Assembly (NCBI GenBank): GCA_964523485.1
Contig: CAZFZS010000001.1
Coordinates: 148,466-212,465 of the forward strand
DNA length: 64,000 nt
Direction: 5' to 3'
Origin: an uncultured Phycisphaeraceae bacterium
GTDB taxonomy: Bacteria; Planctomycetota; Phycisphaerae; Phycisphaerales; Phycisphaeraceae
Both the position numbers and the translations under genes were made by a program. Positions 53,407 to 63,368 of this stretch are shown one piece after another. The notes beneath the pieces were generated by a model. It was not told the DNA's origin and did not search any database. It saw nothing but the letters and a program-made list of their open reading frames with translations. Numbering within the stretch: the first letter of the stretch is position 1; each line of letters opens with the position of its first letter.

Positions 53407-54435
53407 TATTGTCAGTTGTTCTAAGACCGCAGCCCTGACCCGCTCCATCGACAGCTTCCGGATCAGCGTGTCATCGTCGCGATGTCGGCGGTACTGATAG
53501 GTTTGTCCTTGCGCTTCCGAGGGGCGGAGTACGAGGTGGCGGGTGTCGCGGGGTGACCAGTCGTATGGACCAACCGCGGCGGGATCGGTCGGGCCGAACA
53601 AGCTGACCGTCGGCCGATCCAATCCCACCGCCAGATGCAGCGGGGCCGAATCGTTGCAGACCACCAAATCCGCCCCCGCGATCACGGCCATCGATTGCCC
53701 GACAGTGGTGCGTGGGAAAACGATTTTGCCCTCGCAATGATGAACTACTTCGCTGAAGCTTTGCTCCACCCAATCCATCTCGTGCGGCCCGGCGACCACG
53801 ATAACCCGCTGGGTCAGCTCTTCATCGATCAGCCAACCCGCCAGCTCCGCGTACCGCTCGATTGGCCAACATTTACAACCCCACTGTGCTGTTGGTGCCA
53901 ACACGACACAGCCTTGTTGTTGCGAAGCCCATTGGCTTTTCGCATCAGCCCACCACATTTCCGCGTCCGGCGGCACGAATAGCCGCAAATCATCCTCGGC
54001 GTTTAACCCATCTGCCTGTAACAGCCCGAGCATCTTCCTGACGGTGTGCATCTCCTCCACCCGATACCGACGGTTATACGCCAGCCAGGCGCCCTCCCGC
54101 GCATCGCGGAAGCCGACCCTGGCCCCGGCCCCCGTTGCCAGCGTGAACAGCCCCGATCGTGCGAGGCCTTGCAAGTCGTAGACCCGTTCGTAGCGGTGTT
54201 TCCGAAGCTCCATGGCGAGCTTGATCGACTCACCAAGATTTCCGCGGTCAAACGGGATCGCTCGATCCAATGCCGGGTGATGGGCAACCGCATCCACGAA
54301 CGGCCGACTCACCAGCCAATCGATGCGGTGCTGGGGATAGGCTTGACGCAGCGTGACCAGGCAGCCGACGGTCCGTGCGACGTCGCCCAGGGCGGTGGGG
54401 CGGATCATCAGGATGGCAGTGCGGTCATCGGGCAT
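53392..54435 (-). CDS. GT9 glycosyltransferase (WaaC/WaaF-like heptosyltransferase)
   Basis: IRPTALGDVA, YDLQGLARS, KCWP, CNDSAPLHLA, LFGPT. Confidence 0.92.
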   Translation of the reverse strand: MPDDRTAILMIRPTALGDVARTVGCLVTLRQAYPQHRIDWLVSRPFVDAVAHHPALDRAIPFDRGNLGESIKLAMELRKHRYERVYDLQGLARSGLFTLATGAGARVGFRDAREGAWLAYNRRYRVEEMHTVRKMLGLLQADGLNAEDDLRLFVPPDAEMWWADAKSQWASQQQGCVVLAPTAQWGCKCWPIERYAELAGWLIDEELTQRVIVVAGPHEMDWVEQSFSEVVHHCEGKIVFPRTTVGQSMAVIAGADLVVCNDSAPLHLAVGLDRPTVSLFGPTDPAAVGPYDWSPRDTRHLVLRPSEAQGQTYQYRRHRDDDTLIRKLSMERVRAAVLEQLTIKPTD

Positions 54436-54534
54436 GCGTCAGGCTTCGCGGTCGGCTTTGCGTTACATTAACCGTTTGGGCCACGCTTTCGCCCGATCAT
54501 CCCTCGAACTCACGCCTCATTCCGGCGACCGACT

Positions 54535-55290
54535 ATGATCACCGCTGTCATCTCCGATATCCACGGCAACGTCGACGCACTTAACACCGTGCTGAACGAT
54601 ATCGATCAGCGTGGCATCGAGCGGGTCGTCTGCCTGGGCGATGTCATCGGCTATGGGCCGAACCCGACCGACTGCCTCGACCTGGTAATGGACCGCTGTG
54701 AATTTTCGATGATGGGCAACCACGACTTCGCGGTGCTCTACGAGCCGACGAGTTTCAACACCTCCGCCGAGCAGGCCGCGTTCTGGACCCGCCGCCAGCT
54801 CGAAGAGGAATCCGACGCCGACAAACGCCGCAAGCGGTGGGAATACCTGGGTAACCTGCTGGTTCGTCGTTGGCATGAAGGTGCGCTGTGGGTCCACGCC
54901 TCGCCGCGCCGGCCGATCAACGAATACATCTTTCCTGATGATGTGATTGCCGCCCCAAACAAGATGCATGCGATTTTCGATCGGATTGAGAGCCGGGCGT
55001 TCTGCGGGCATACTCATGTGGCGGGCGTCTTCACCGATGAGCCGGACTTCTATCCGCCGCAGGACTTGGGCGGGGCGTACACCTTCCGCGACAGCGAGAA
55101 GTGCATCATCAACCCCGGCAGCGTCGGCCAACCCCGCGACCGCGACCCCCGCGCCAGCTACGCCATCCTGCAGGATGACAAAGTCGAGTTCATCCGCCTC
55201 GAATATGACATCCAAGCAGTGATCGACAAGATCGATCAGATCGAAGAGCTGTCCGATTTCCTCGGCCAGCGTCTGCTTGACGGGCGGTGA
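54535..55290 (+). CDS. Metallophosphoesterase (calcineurin-like)
   Basis: SDIHGN, LGDVIGYGP, GNHD, CGHTH, INPGSVGQPRD. Confidence 0.93.
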   Translation: MITAVISDIHGNVDALNTVLNDIDQRGIERVVCLGDVIGYGPNPTDCLDLVMDRCEFSMMGNHDFAVLYEPTSFNTSAEQAAFWTRRQLEEESDADKRRKRWEYLGNLLVRRWHEGALWVHASPRRPINEYIFPDDVIAAPNKMHAIFDRIESRAFCGHTHVAGVFTDEPDFYPPQDLGGAYTFRDSEKCIINPGSVGQPRDRDPRASYAILQDDKVEFIRLEYDIQAVIDKIDQIEELSDFLGQRLLDGR

Positions 55291-55298
55291 CGTTCATC

Positions 55299-55328
55299 AA
55301 AGCCGAGGGATTGCAATCCCTCGGCTTT
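55299..55328. repeat. Family-A palindrome between convergent genes
   Basis: AAAGCCGAGGGAT-TGCA-ATCCCTCGGCTTT (perfect). Confidence 0.92.
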
Positions 55329-55335
55329 ACATGGA

Positions 55336-55683
55336 TCAAAATGACGCCAGCGCGTCGTCGATGTCGTCGAAGACGCCGAAGATGTCGTCGAGCTTTGTCA
55401 CTTTGAACAAAAACGAGACATTGTCGGCACAGTTGCCCAGCGCGATCTTGCCACGCATCGGCTCGACTTCGCGGAGCAACTCGACCAGCGATCCGATACA
55501 GGCCGAGGCGAGAAAGTCGATCTGCTTGAGGTCGAACAGGAAGTTCGTTGCCTGGTCGTAGCGCATCTTGTCACAGCAGGCCGCGATGACTTCCTGGAAG
55601 TCGGCGTGCGAGGCTTCGGGCCCGGGGAAGCGGACGGTGACGGTCGCGCCGTTCTGTTCGATTTCGGTTTCTTGGCTGGCCAT
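55336..55683 (-). CDS. STAS-domain anti-sigma factor antagonist
   Basis: FLFDLKQIDFLASACIG, LFKVTKLD; ATG at 55683. Confidence 0.88.
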   Translation of the reverse strand: MASQETEIEQNGATVTVRFPGPEASHADFQEVIAACCDKMRYDQATNFLFDLKQIDFLASACIGSLVELLREVEPMRGKIALGNCADNVSFLFKVTKLDDIFGVFDDIDDALASF

Positions 55684-55818
55684 GATGCAAAAACTCCGCC
55701 GACCGAAAGGCCGGTAACTTCTATATCGAAACAATAGCCCCCCCGGCTTCACCGCTCGGCGTGATTCCTATCGTGAATCTTGCTTACCCAACCGGCATAA
55801 CCCTTCAAGACGGCCCGA

Positions 55819-56157
55819 TCAGGCCTCGCTGGGCTTGCCTTCTGCCAACTCGAACAATGCATCCAGCCTGGCCAATCGCAGCAGAAACGCGACATTCTCC
55901 TGGCAGTTCAGTAGCACGATCGAGCCACCCTGCTTTTTGACATCCTGATAGAACATCAAGAGCAAAGCGAGGCAGGCGGAGGGCAGGAACTCAACCTTGT
56001 CGAACTCAAGAACGAAACGCTTGGCATCGGTTTCGGTGAGTCGCTGCTTGAGGCTGCCGACCAGCTCGCGCAACTCGTCGGTTTCGACCTCGCTGTGATG
56101 AATGTCGACGATGACGCGTTGGCCGTCCTGCTGGATGTCGGCAAGGGGGGTGCTCAT
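55819..56157 (-). CDS. STAS-domain anti-sigma factor antagonist
   Basis: VLEFDKVEFLPSACL, VAFLLRLARLD. Confidence 0.88.
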   Translation of the reverse strand: MSTPLADIQQDGQRVIVDIHHSEVETDELRELVGSLKQRLTETDAKRFVLEFDKVEFLPSACLALLLMFYQDVKKQGGSIVLLNCQENVAFLLRLARLDALFELAEGKPSEA

Positions 56158-56293
56158 AGGAACCCAGAGTTTAGCGTGGCGAGAAAGAAACGTCCCGGCG
56201 AAAACATCCTACATCAGCGATCCCAGCCGTGACCCTTCAAGCCGTAGATATGGCTAGGCGAATCCACAGAACCGCATGGGCTTATCTCGACCC

Positions 56294-56327
56294 GATCCGA
56301 CGATTCGCAAAGCCTAATCGTCGGCTT
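56294..56327 (+). repeat. Family-B 34-bp REP-like element (downstream of ygfZ)
   Basis: GATCCGACGATTCGCAAAGCCTAATCGTCGGCTT. Confidence 0.9.
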
Positions 56328-56337
56328 GAGTTTTTGT

Positions 56338-57570
56338 TTAATCGGCTAGCTCCCGCAGCTGCTCCACCCGCGCTTCGATCAACTGACCCTCGGCCGGCAC
56401 AAGCACCGTTGTGCCCGGCTTGTGTCGGCCCCACCGCATCATCGCAATCGCCACCGCTTTCTGCCCACGCAAGGGCGACGCCGCCGAGCTGGTCACCCCG
56501 CCGATGACCTTCTGCTTGTCGCCCGGCTCGAGCACCTGCGCCCCCGCGACCGGCAGGCCGTCACCGTCCAGCTCCAGCCGAACCAGCAGCTTCTTGGGAT
56601 GACCCAGGCTTTTCATCCGCGCGACGACCTCCTGGCCGAGGTAGCAGCCCTTGGTGAAGCTCACCGCTTCGTCGAGCAGACCGGCCTCGGCGGGCAGCGA
56701 GTCCGTGCCGAAGTCGATGTGATGCATCGGTACGCCCTGCTCAACCCGGACCGTGTTGAACGCCGACCAGCCGATCGGCCGACCCCGCAATGACGCCCGC
56801 CGCCGCTCAGCGAACTCCGCGTCGACCTCCGCATCCGGTTCGTAACCCGCCATGTCGAGCAGGGCTCGATGTACCGCCACCGCATCAGCGCTCGGAACAA
56901 TCAGCCGAACACCCAGCACCGTCCCCAAGTCCCAGCGGTAGGCGGTCGCCTGTACCCGCTCTGCATCGCTGTTTCCCGAAGCAGCGACGGCGATGCCCAC
57001 CACCTGATGATTACCCCGTTCACCCAACGGTGGCGAAGCCTGCTCGGCCTGCGACACCTTGTCCATCAGCCGCAGCGCCGCCGGGCCGAGCAGCCAGAAC
57101 ACGGATCGTTGATCCAGAATTTCAGTCGTCACATCCTCGGTGAACAGCCTGGCATCGATCAGCTCGCGTAGCCAGTCCACGTCGAACAGGTCCGTCTCCA
57201 GCCAGGTCGATGCGTCGCCATGATGAATGATCAGGTCCGCCGCGATGTGGCCCTTTTCGTTGAGCTGCAACCCGCGGACGGTCTGCCCGCCCGTCAGCTT
57301 GTTGATCTCCTGCGTACACAGGCGGTGCAGGTAGTCCTTCACATCGGTCCCGGTCAACTGCAGGATCGTTCGCTGCGGCAGGTGCAGGATGCCGACGTGC
57401 CTTCGGATCGCGGCATACTCCGCCTCGAAGCTGCCCTCCCCAGTGGCATGGCCAAACGACTCGGCCATCTCGATCCGCCGACCATCGCCCAGCTCCGGCC
57501 CCCACGCCATCATCTCCGCCCCGAGACTTTCGAGGTGCCGGGTCATCTCGCTTTGATGCAAACTGTCCAT
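56338..57570 (-). CDS. ygfZ: YgfZ/GcvT-family folate-binding Fe-S cluster repair protein
   Basis: LTGTDVKDYLHRL, SFTKGCYLGQEVVAR signature. Confidence 0.93.
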   Translation of the reverse strand: MDSLHQSEMTRHLESLGAEMMAWGPELGDGRRIEMAESFGHATGEGSFEAEYAAIRRHVGILHLPQRTILQLTGTDVKDYLHRLCTQEINKLTGGQTVRGLQLNEKGHIAADLIIHHGDASTWLETDLFDVDWLRELIDARLFTEDVTTEILDQRSVFWLLGPAALRLMDKVSQAEQASPPLGERGNHQVVGIAVAASGNSDAERVQATAYRWDLGTVLGVRLIVPSADAVAVHRALLDMAGYEPDAEVDAEFAERRRASLRGRPIGWSAFNTVRVEQGVPMHHIDFGTDSLPAEAGLLDEAVSFTKGCYLGQEVVARMKSLGHPKKLLVRLELDGDGLPVAGAQVLEPGDKQKVIGGVTSSAASPLRGQKAVAIAMMRWGRHKPGTTVLVPAEGQLIEARVEQLRELAD

Positions 57571-57594
57571 CCCGCCAGTCTATCCCGCCCAACC

Positions 57595-57628
57595 AAGCCG
57601 CGGATGAGGCTCTGTGAATCCGCGGATC
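57595..57628 (-). repeat. Family-B 34-bp REP-like element (upstream of ygfZ, inverted)
   Basis: Reverse complement GATCCGCGGATTCACAGAGCCTCATCCGCGGCTT, 32/34 identical to the 37377 copy. Confidence 0.92.
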
Positions 57629-57707
57629 GAATCGTTTTCGATCCTGCCCGAATTGGCCGACCCACCCGCGATCCCGTAAAGTCTCCGCTCCCCGCTAGGA
57701 GAAAACC

Positions 57708-58913
57708 ATGCCAAAGCAAACCATTGCCGATGTCGACCTGAACAGCAAAAAAGTCCTGATGCGTGTCGACTTTAACGTCCCGCTCGATGATGCGGGCAAC
57801 GTCACGGACGACCGCCGCGTCCGCATGGCGGTTCCGACGATCCAGCACGTGCTGGACCACGGCGGGTCGGTCGTGCTGATGAGCCACCTGGGCCGACCCA
57901 AGGGCGAGCCGGACCCGAAGTTCAGCCTCAAGCCCGCGGCCGACAAACTCGCCGAACTGCTCGGCCAGCCGGTCCCGCTGACCGCCGACACCGCCGGCGA
58001 GGCGGCCGACAAGCGGGTGCGTGCGATGGCAGCGGGCGAAGTGGTCTGCCTCGAAAACGTCCGTTTCAACGCCGGCGAAAAGAAAGGCGATGACGAGGCC
58101 TACATCAACGCCCTGGCCGACTTGGGCGATGTCTACTGCAATAACGCCTTCGGCACGTGTCACCGCACCGAAGCCTCGATGTATGCCGTGCCAAAAAAGA
58201 TGAAAGAGCAGGGCAAGCCGGCCGTCGTGGGCTTCCTCGTCGAGAAGGAAATCCAGTACCTGACGGACACGATCCAGTCGCCGCAGCGGCCGTTCATCGC
58301 GATCTTGGGTGGGGCCAAGGTCAGCGACAAGATCAACGTCATCGACAACCTGCTGGGCATCTGCGACAAGGTCCTGATCGGCGGGGCGATGGCGTACACC
58401 TTCAGCCTGGCCCAGGGCGGCAAGGTCGGCGGCTCGCTCGTTGAACCGGACAAGACCGACTTGGCGAAAGAGTTGATCGAAAAGGGTGGGGAGAAATTGG
58501 TGCTGCCGACCGATACGCACGCCGGGGATGACTTCTCGGGTGATTGCAACAAGCAGGTGGTGCAGTCCGGCGAGATCCCGGATGGTTACGAGGGCTTGGA
58601 CATCGGCCCGGAGACCGCCAAGCATTACGCTTCGCTGATCAAGGACGCCAAAACTGTGGTCTGGAACGGCCCGATGGGCGTCTTCGAGATGCCGCCGTTC
58701 GACCACGGGACAAAAGCCGTCGCCCAGGCCATCGCCGAGGCGACTTCTTCCGGGGGCGCGACGACGATCATCGGCGGGGGCGACTCGGCCGCGGCCATCG
58801 AGCAGATGGGCCTGGCCGATCAGGTCAGCCACGTCAGCACCGGCGGCGGGGCCAGCCTCGAAATGCTCGAAGGCAAATCCTTCGCCAGCGTCGATTTGCT
58901 GGATGACAAATAA
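57708..58913 (+). CDS. pgk: Phosphoglycerate kinase
   Basis: [52 protein letters not shown]; AGGAG SD. Confidence 0.99.
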   Translation: MPKQTIADVDLNSKKVLMRVDFNVPLDDAGNVTDDRRVRMAVPTIQHVLDHGGSVVLMSHLGRPKGEPDPKFSLKPAADKLAELLGQPVPLTADTAGEAADKRVRAMAAGEVVCLENVRFNAGEKKGDDEAYINALADLGDVYCNNAFGTCHRTEASMYAVPKKMKEQGKPAVVGFLVEKEIQYLTDTIQSPQRPFIAILGGAKVSDKINVIDNLLGICDKVLIGGAMAYTFSLAQGGKVGGSLVEPDKTDLAKELIEKGGEKLVLPTDTHAGDDFSGDCNKQVVQSGEIPDGYEGLDIGPETAKHYASLIKDAKTVVWNGPMGVFEMPPFDHGTKAVAQAIAEATSSGGATTIIGGGDSAAAIEQMGLADQVSHVSTGGGASLEMLEGKSFASVDLLDDK

Positions 58914-58925
58914 ATCAGCAGCCTT

Positions 58926-59050
58926 AACCGCAGATTACGCAGATCACACAGATTAAAAACTGATTTTCTCAATCAGATTTTAATCAGCGAAATCTGCGTA
59001 ATCTGTGTTCGAGGCTGTTTTCCCCGCGTAACTTTGCGAACTCTGCGGTT
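58926..59050. repeat. Nested inverted-repeat element (AACCGC...GCGGTT) with 9-bp units
   Basis: Perfect CAGATTACGCAGAT (58931-44)/ATCTGCGTAATCTG (58992-59005); outer AACCGCAG/CTGCGGTT. Confidence 0.8.
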
Positions 59051-59057
59051 TAATAAA

Positions 59058-60614
<1,557 letters not shown>

Positions 60615-60626
60615 GAAAGTAATGCG

Positions 60627-60689
60627 TTTAGCGGGTGACGCGGAGCGTCCCGCGGATCGTCCACGGGCACCTTCGGTGCACCCGCTAAA
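60627..60689. repeat. Stem-loop element between convergent glyQS and ccoS
   Basis: Perfect 11-bp inverted repeat TTTAGCGGGTG/CACCCGCTAAA; the right arm contains the ccoS stop codon. Confidence 0.7.
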
Positions 60690-60831
60690 GGTCCTCATCA
60701 TCGAACAGCACCCGCGTCGGCGGGGTGTCGAGGTCGTCAAGTTGGCCCTTGCGTATCGACCAGATGAACGCGGCCAGTGCGGCCCCGGCGAGGACCAAGG
60801 CCAGCGGAATCATGATGTAGATCACGGACAT
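60685..60831 (-). CDS. ccoS: cbb3-type cytochrome oxidase assembly protein CcoS/FixS (48 aa, absent from the ORF track)
   Basis: [48 protein letters not shown]; start overlaps the ccoI stop. Confidence 0.95.
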   Translation of the reverse strand: MSVIYIMIPLALVLAGAALAAFIWSIRKGQLDDLDTPPTRVLFDDEDL

Positions 60832-63368
60832 GTAGCACCCCCTTGCCAGCGGGTCAGTCGAGCGACGGCGTGGCTGAGCACGGTCAGCGAGCTGATCGGC
60901 ATCAGGATCGCCGCCAGCCAGGGCGAGATCAGCCCGGCTGCGGCGAGGCTGACCGCCAAGGCGTTATAGCCCAGCGACAGCACGAGGTTGCGTCGGATAA
61001 GTTGCACCGTAAATCGGCTCAGGCGGATCAGTTCGGTCAGCGGGGCCAGGCCCGGCCGAGCGGTGTAGACATCGGCGACTGCCATCGCGGCCTCGACCCC
61101 ACCCTTCACCGCGATCCCGACGTCCGCTGCCGCCAGGGCTGCGGTGTCGTTGACGCCATCGCCGACCATGATGATGCGTCGGCCGTCGCCGCGGTATTGC
61201 CGAACCAACACCGGCTTGTCCTCTGGGGCGAGTTGGGCGTGGCCATCCTGCGTGGCGATGCCGACGGACGCGGCGACATGGCGGACCGCCTCGGCCGAGT
61301 CACCGGAGAAGATGACGGGCTGCCAACCGGAGGTGCGGAGTTCTGCGACCGCCTCGGCACTGCCGATCTGCAGCGTGTCCTGCAACACCGCGAATGCGCT
61401 GACCTCGTGTTGCCATGCAACCCAGACCACCGAAGCGCCCTGAGCGGTGAACGCTTTGGCCTGTCGTTGCCAAGCTTCGCTCAACGCGATGCCTTGTTCC
61501 ACCAGAAAGCGGTCATTGCCAAGATGCAAAACTTGCTCATCGTTCGTGGCGGTCAGCCCGCCGCGGGGGTCTTCGACGATTTGCGTGAATGGATTTGCCT
61601 GGCCGGGTGATGATTGACCGTAGGTATCGTGCAGCGCTTGGCCGACAGGGTGGGTCGCGTCTTGCTCAGCGAGACCCACGAGCGGTTGCAGGGCGGGGTC
61701 GCCGACCCAGTCGGTGACACGGAGTTGGCCGGCGGTGATGGTGCCGGTCTTGTCGAGGGCGAGGATGCCGGTTGTTTGATCTTTGGAATGAGCGTGGCCG
61801 AGCTTCTCGAACACGGCGGCGTCTTTGACGAGGATGTCACGGCGGGCCGCGACGCCGACACTCATCGCGAGGGTCAGCGGGGTGGCCAGGCCCAGTGCGC
61901 AGGGACAGGCGACAATGAGCAAGGCGACCGCGTGGCTGATTGCGGGTTCCGGACCGGCCGCCCACCACCAGCCGGCGAGTACCGCCCCGGCCAAACCCAA
62001 AACGGCCAACGTAAACCACCCCGCGATGCGGTCGGCGAGCCGCACGATCGCGGGCTTGTGTTGCACATCGGCCGACGCTTCCTCCATGAGTCGCGACAGG
62101 CGGGTGGCCGGTCCGACGGCTTGAACGGTGATTTCGATGGCCGGGCCGACGTTGCGTGTGCCGGCAAAAACCGCGTCGCCTTCCCCGACCGCGGTGGGCA
62201 GGGCTTCGCCGGTGAGCGAGGCGGTGTCGAGATGGGTTTGGCCATGCAACACAAAGCCATCCACCGACAGCCGTTGGTTGCTCGGGATGCGGACGCGGTC
62301 CCCCGGCACGACCGCTTCGATGGGCAAGTTGACCCATGTGTCACCCCGCCAAACCGTGCAGCCGACAGGCGTGAGCGATTGCATCAGCGTGACGGAATCC
62401 ACCGCATGACGCTGCTGCCGCATTTGTAGATACCTGCCGACCAGTAGCAGAAACACGAGCACGCACAGCGAATCGAAATAGATCTCGCCCCGTCCGGTGA
62501 TGACGTTGACCAGCCCCGCCACCCCGCCGACGCCGAGCGCTAAAGCGATGGGCAGGTCGAGTGTGACGCTGCGGGTTTTCAAGCCCGCCCACGCCCCGCG
62601 AAAGAAAAGTGACCCCGGCCAGGCGAGGGCGATGATGCCGACGATAACGCTGATGAGGCGGAAGAAGTTTTCGTACTCGGCGGCCATCGCGTCGAGCAGA
62701 CCGAGGTAGAGCGCGGTCGCCAGCAGCATGGCGTTGCCGGCACACGCCCCGGCGATGCCGATGCGGACCAGCATGTCGCGCTCGTTCTGCAGACGGACTT
62801 CACGGGCAGTGCGATCCCCAGCCGGGTGCGGCGGGTAGCCGAGCCGATGCAGCGTCAAGGCCACTTTAGAAAATGAGACTTGGTCTGGGTCCCATGTGAC
62901 ACGGGCGACGCTTTGGCGGAGGCTGAGCCGGGCCTCGACAACGCCGGGGCAGACGCGAGGCAGTTTTTCGATCAGCCAGAGGCAGGCGGCGCAGTGGACG
63001 TTGCTGAGCCGGAGGTCCGCCTGCCGCAGCCCGGTGGGCAGCAGGGATGTGTGTGCGTCGAGGAATTCGGCCTCGTCGTAGGGCCGGTACCCGCTGTCGG
63101 ATTCGGTCGCGTCGGACGGTCCGATGGGCGGGGCGGTTTGGCCGAGCGTTTTGCGGAGCTCGTAATATCGGCTGAGGTCGCAGCCATGGATCATGCGATA
63201 CACCGCGGCACAGCCGTTGCAGCAGAACTGCTCATCCGCCCCCGGGATGATCAAGCCGTCGGGGACCGGTAAATCGCAGTGGCTGCAGGTTGCTGAGTCC
63301 GGGGTCGTGTCAGCTTCTTTCGGTAAAGCAACTTCCGAGGGTGGCGGCGTTGGAGCAAGGGTGGTCAC
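60822..63368 (-). CDS. ccoI: Cu-translocating P1B-ATPase for cbb3 oxidase maturation (CcoI/FixI)
   Basis: N-terminal CSHC..FCCNGC, HCAAC HMA motif, [24 protein letters not shown]; ccoS downstream. Confidence 0.95.
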   Translation of the reverse strand: MTTLAPTPPPSEVALPKEADTTPDSATCSHCDLPVPDGLIIPGADEQFCCNGCAAVYRMIHGCDLSRYYELRKTLGQTAPPIGPSDATESDSGYRPYDEAEFLDAHTSLLPTGLRQADLRLSNVHCAACLWLIEKLPRVCPGVVEARLSLRQSVARVTWDPDQVSFSKVALTLHRLGYPPHPAGDRTAREVRLQNERDMLVRIGIAGACAGNAMLLATALYLGLLDAMAAEYENFFRLISVIVGIIALAWPGSLFFRGAWAGLKTRSVTLDLPIALALGVGGVAGLVNVITGRGEIYFDSLCVLVFLLLVGRYLQMRQQRHAVDSVTLMQSLTPVGCTVWRGDTWVNLPIEAVVPGDRVRIPSNQRLSVDGFVLHGQTHLDTASLTGEALPTAVGEGDAVFAGTRNVGPAIEITVQAVGPATRLSRLMEEASADVQHKPAIVRLADRIAGWFTLAVLGLAGAVLAGWWWAAGPEPAISHAVALLIVACPCALGLATPLTLAMSVGVAARRDILVKDAAVFEKLGHAHSKDQTTGILALDKTGTITAGQLRVTDWVGDPALQPLVGLAEQDATHPVGQALHDTYGQSSPGQANPFTQIVEDPRGGLTATNDEQVLHLGNDRFLVEQGIALSEAWQRQAKAFTAQGASVVWVAWQHEVSAFAVLQDTLQIGSAEAVAELRTSGWQPVIFSGDSAEAVRHVAASVGIATQDGHAQLAPEDKPVLVRQYRGDGRRIIMVGDGVNDTAALAAADVGIAVKGGVEAAMAVADVYTARPGLAPLTELIRLSRFTVQLIRRNLVLSLGYNALAVSLAAAGLISPWLAAILMPISSLTVLSHAVARLTRWQGGATCP

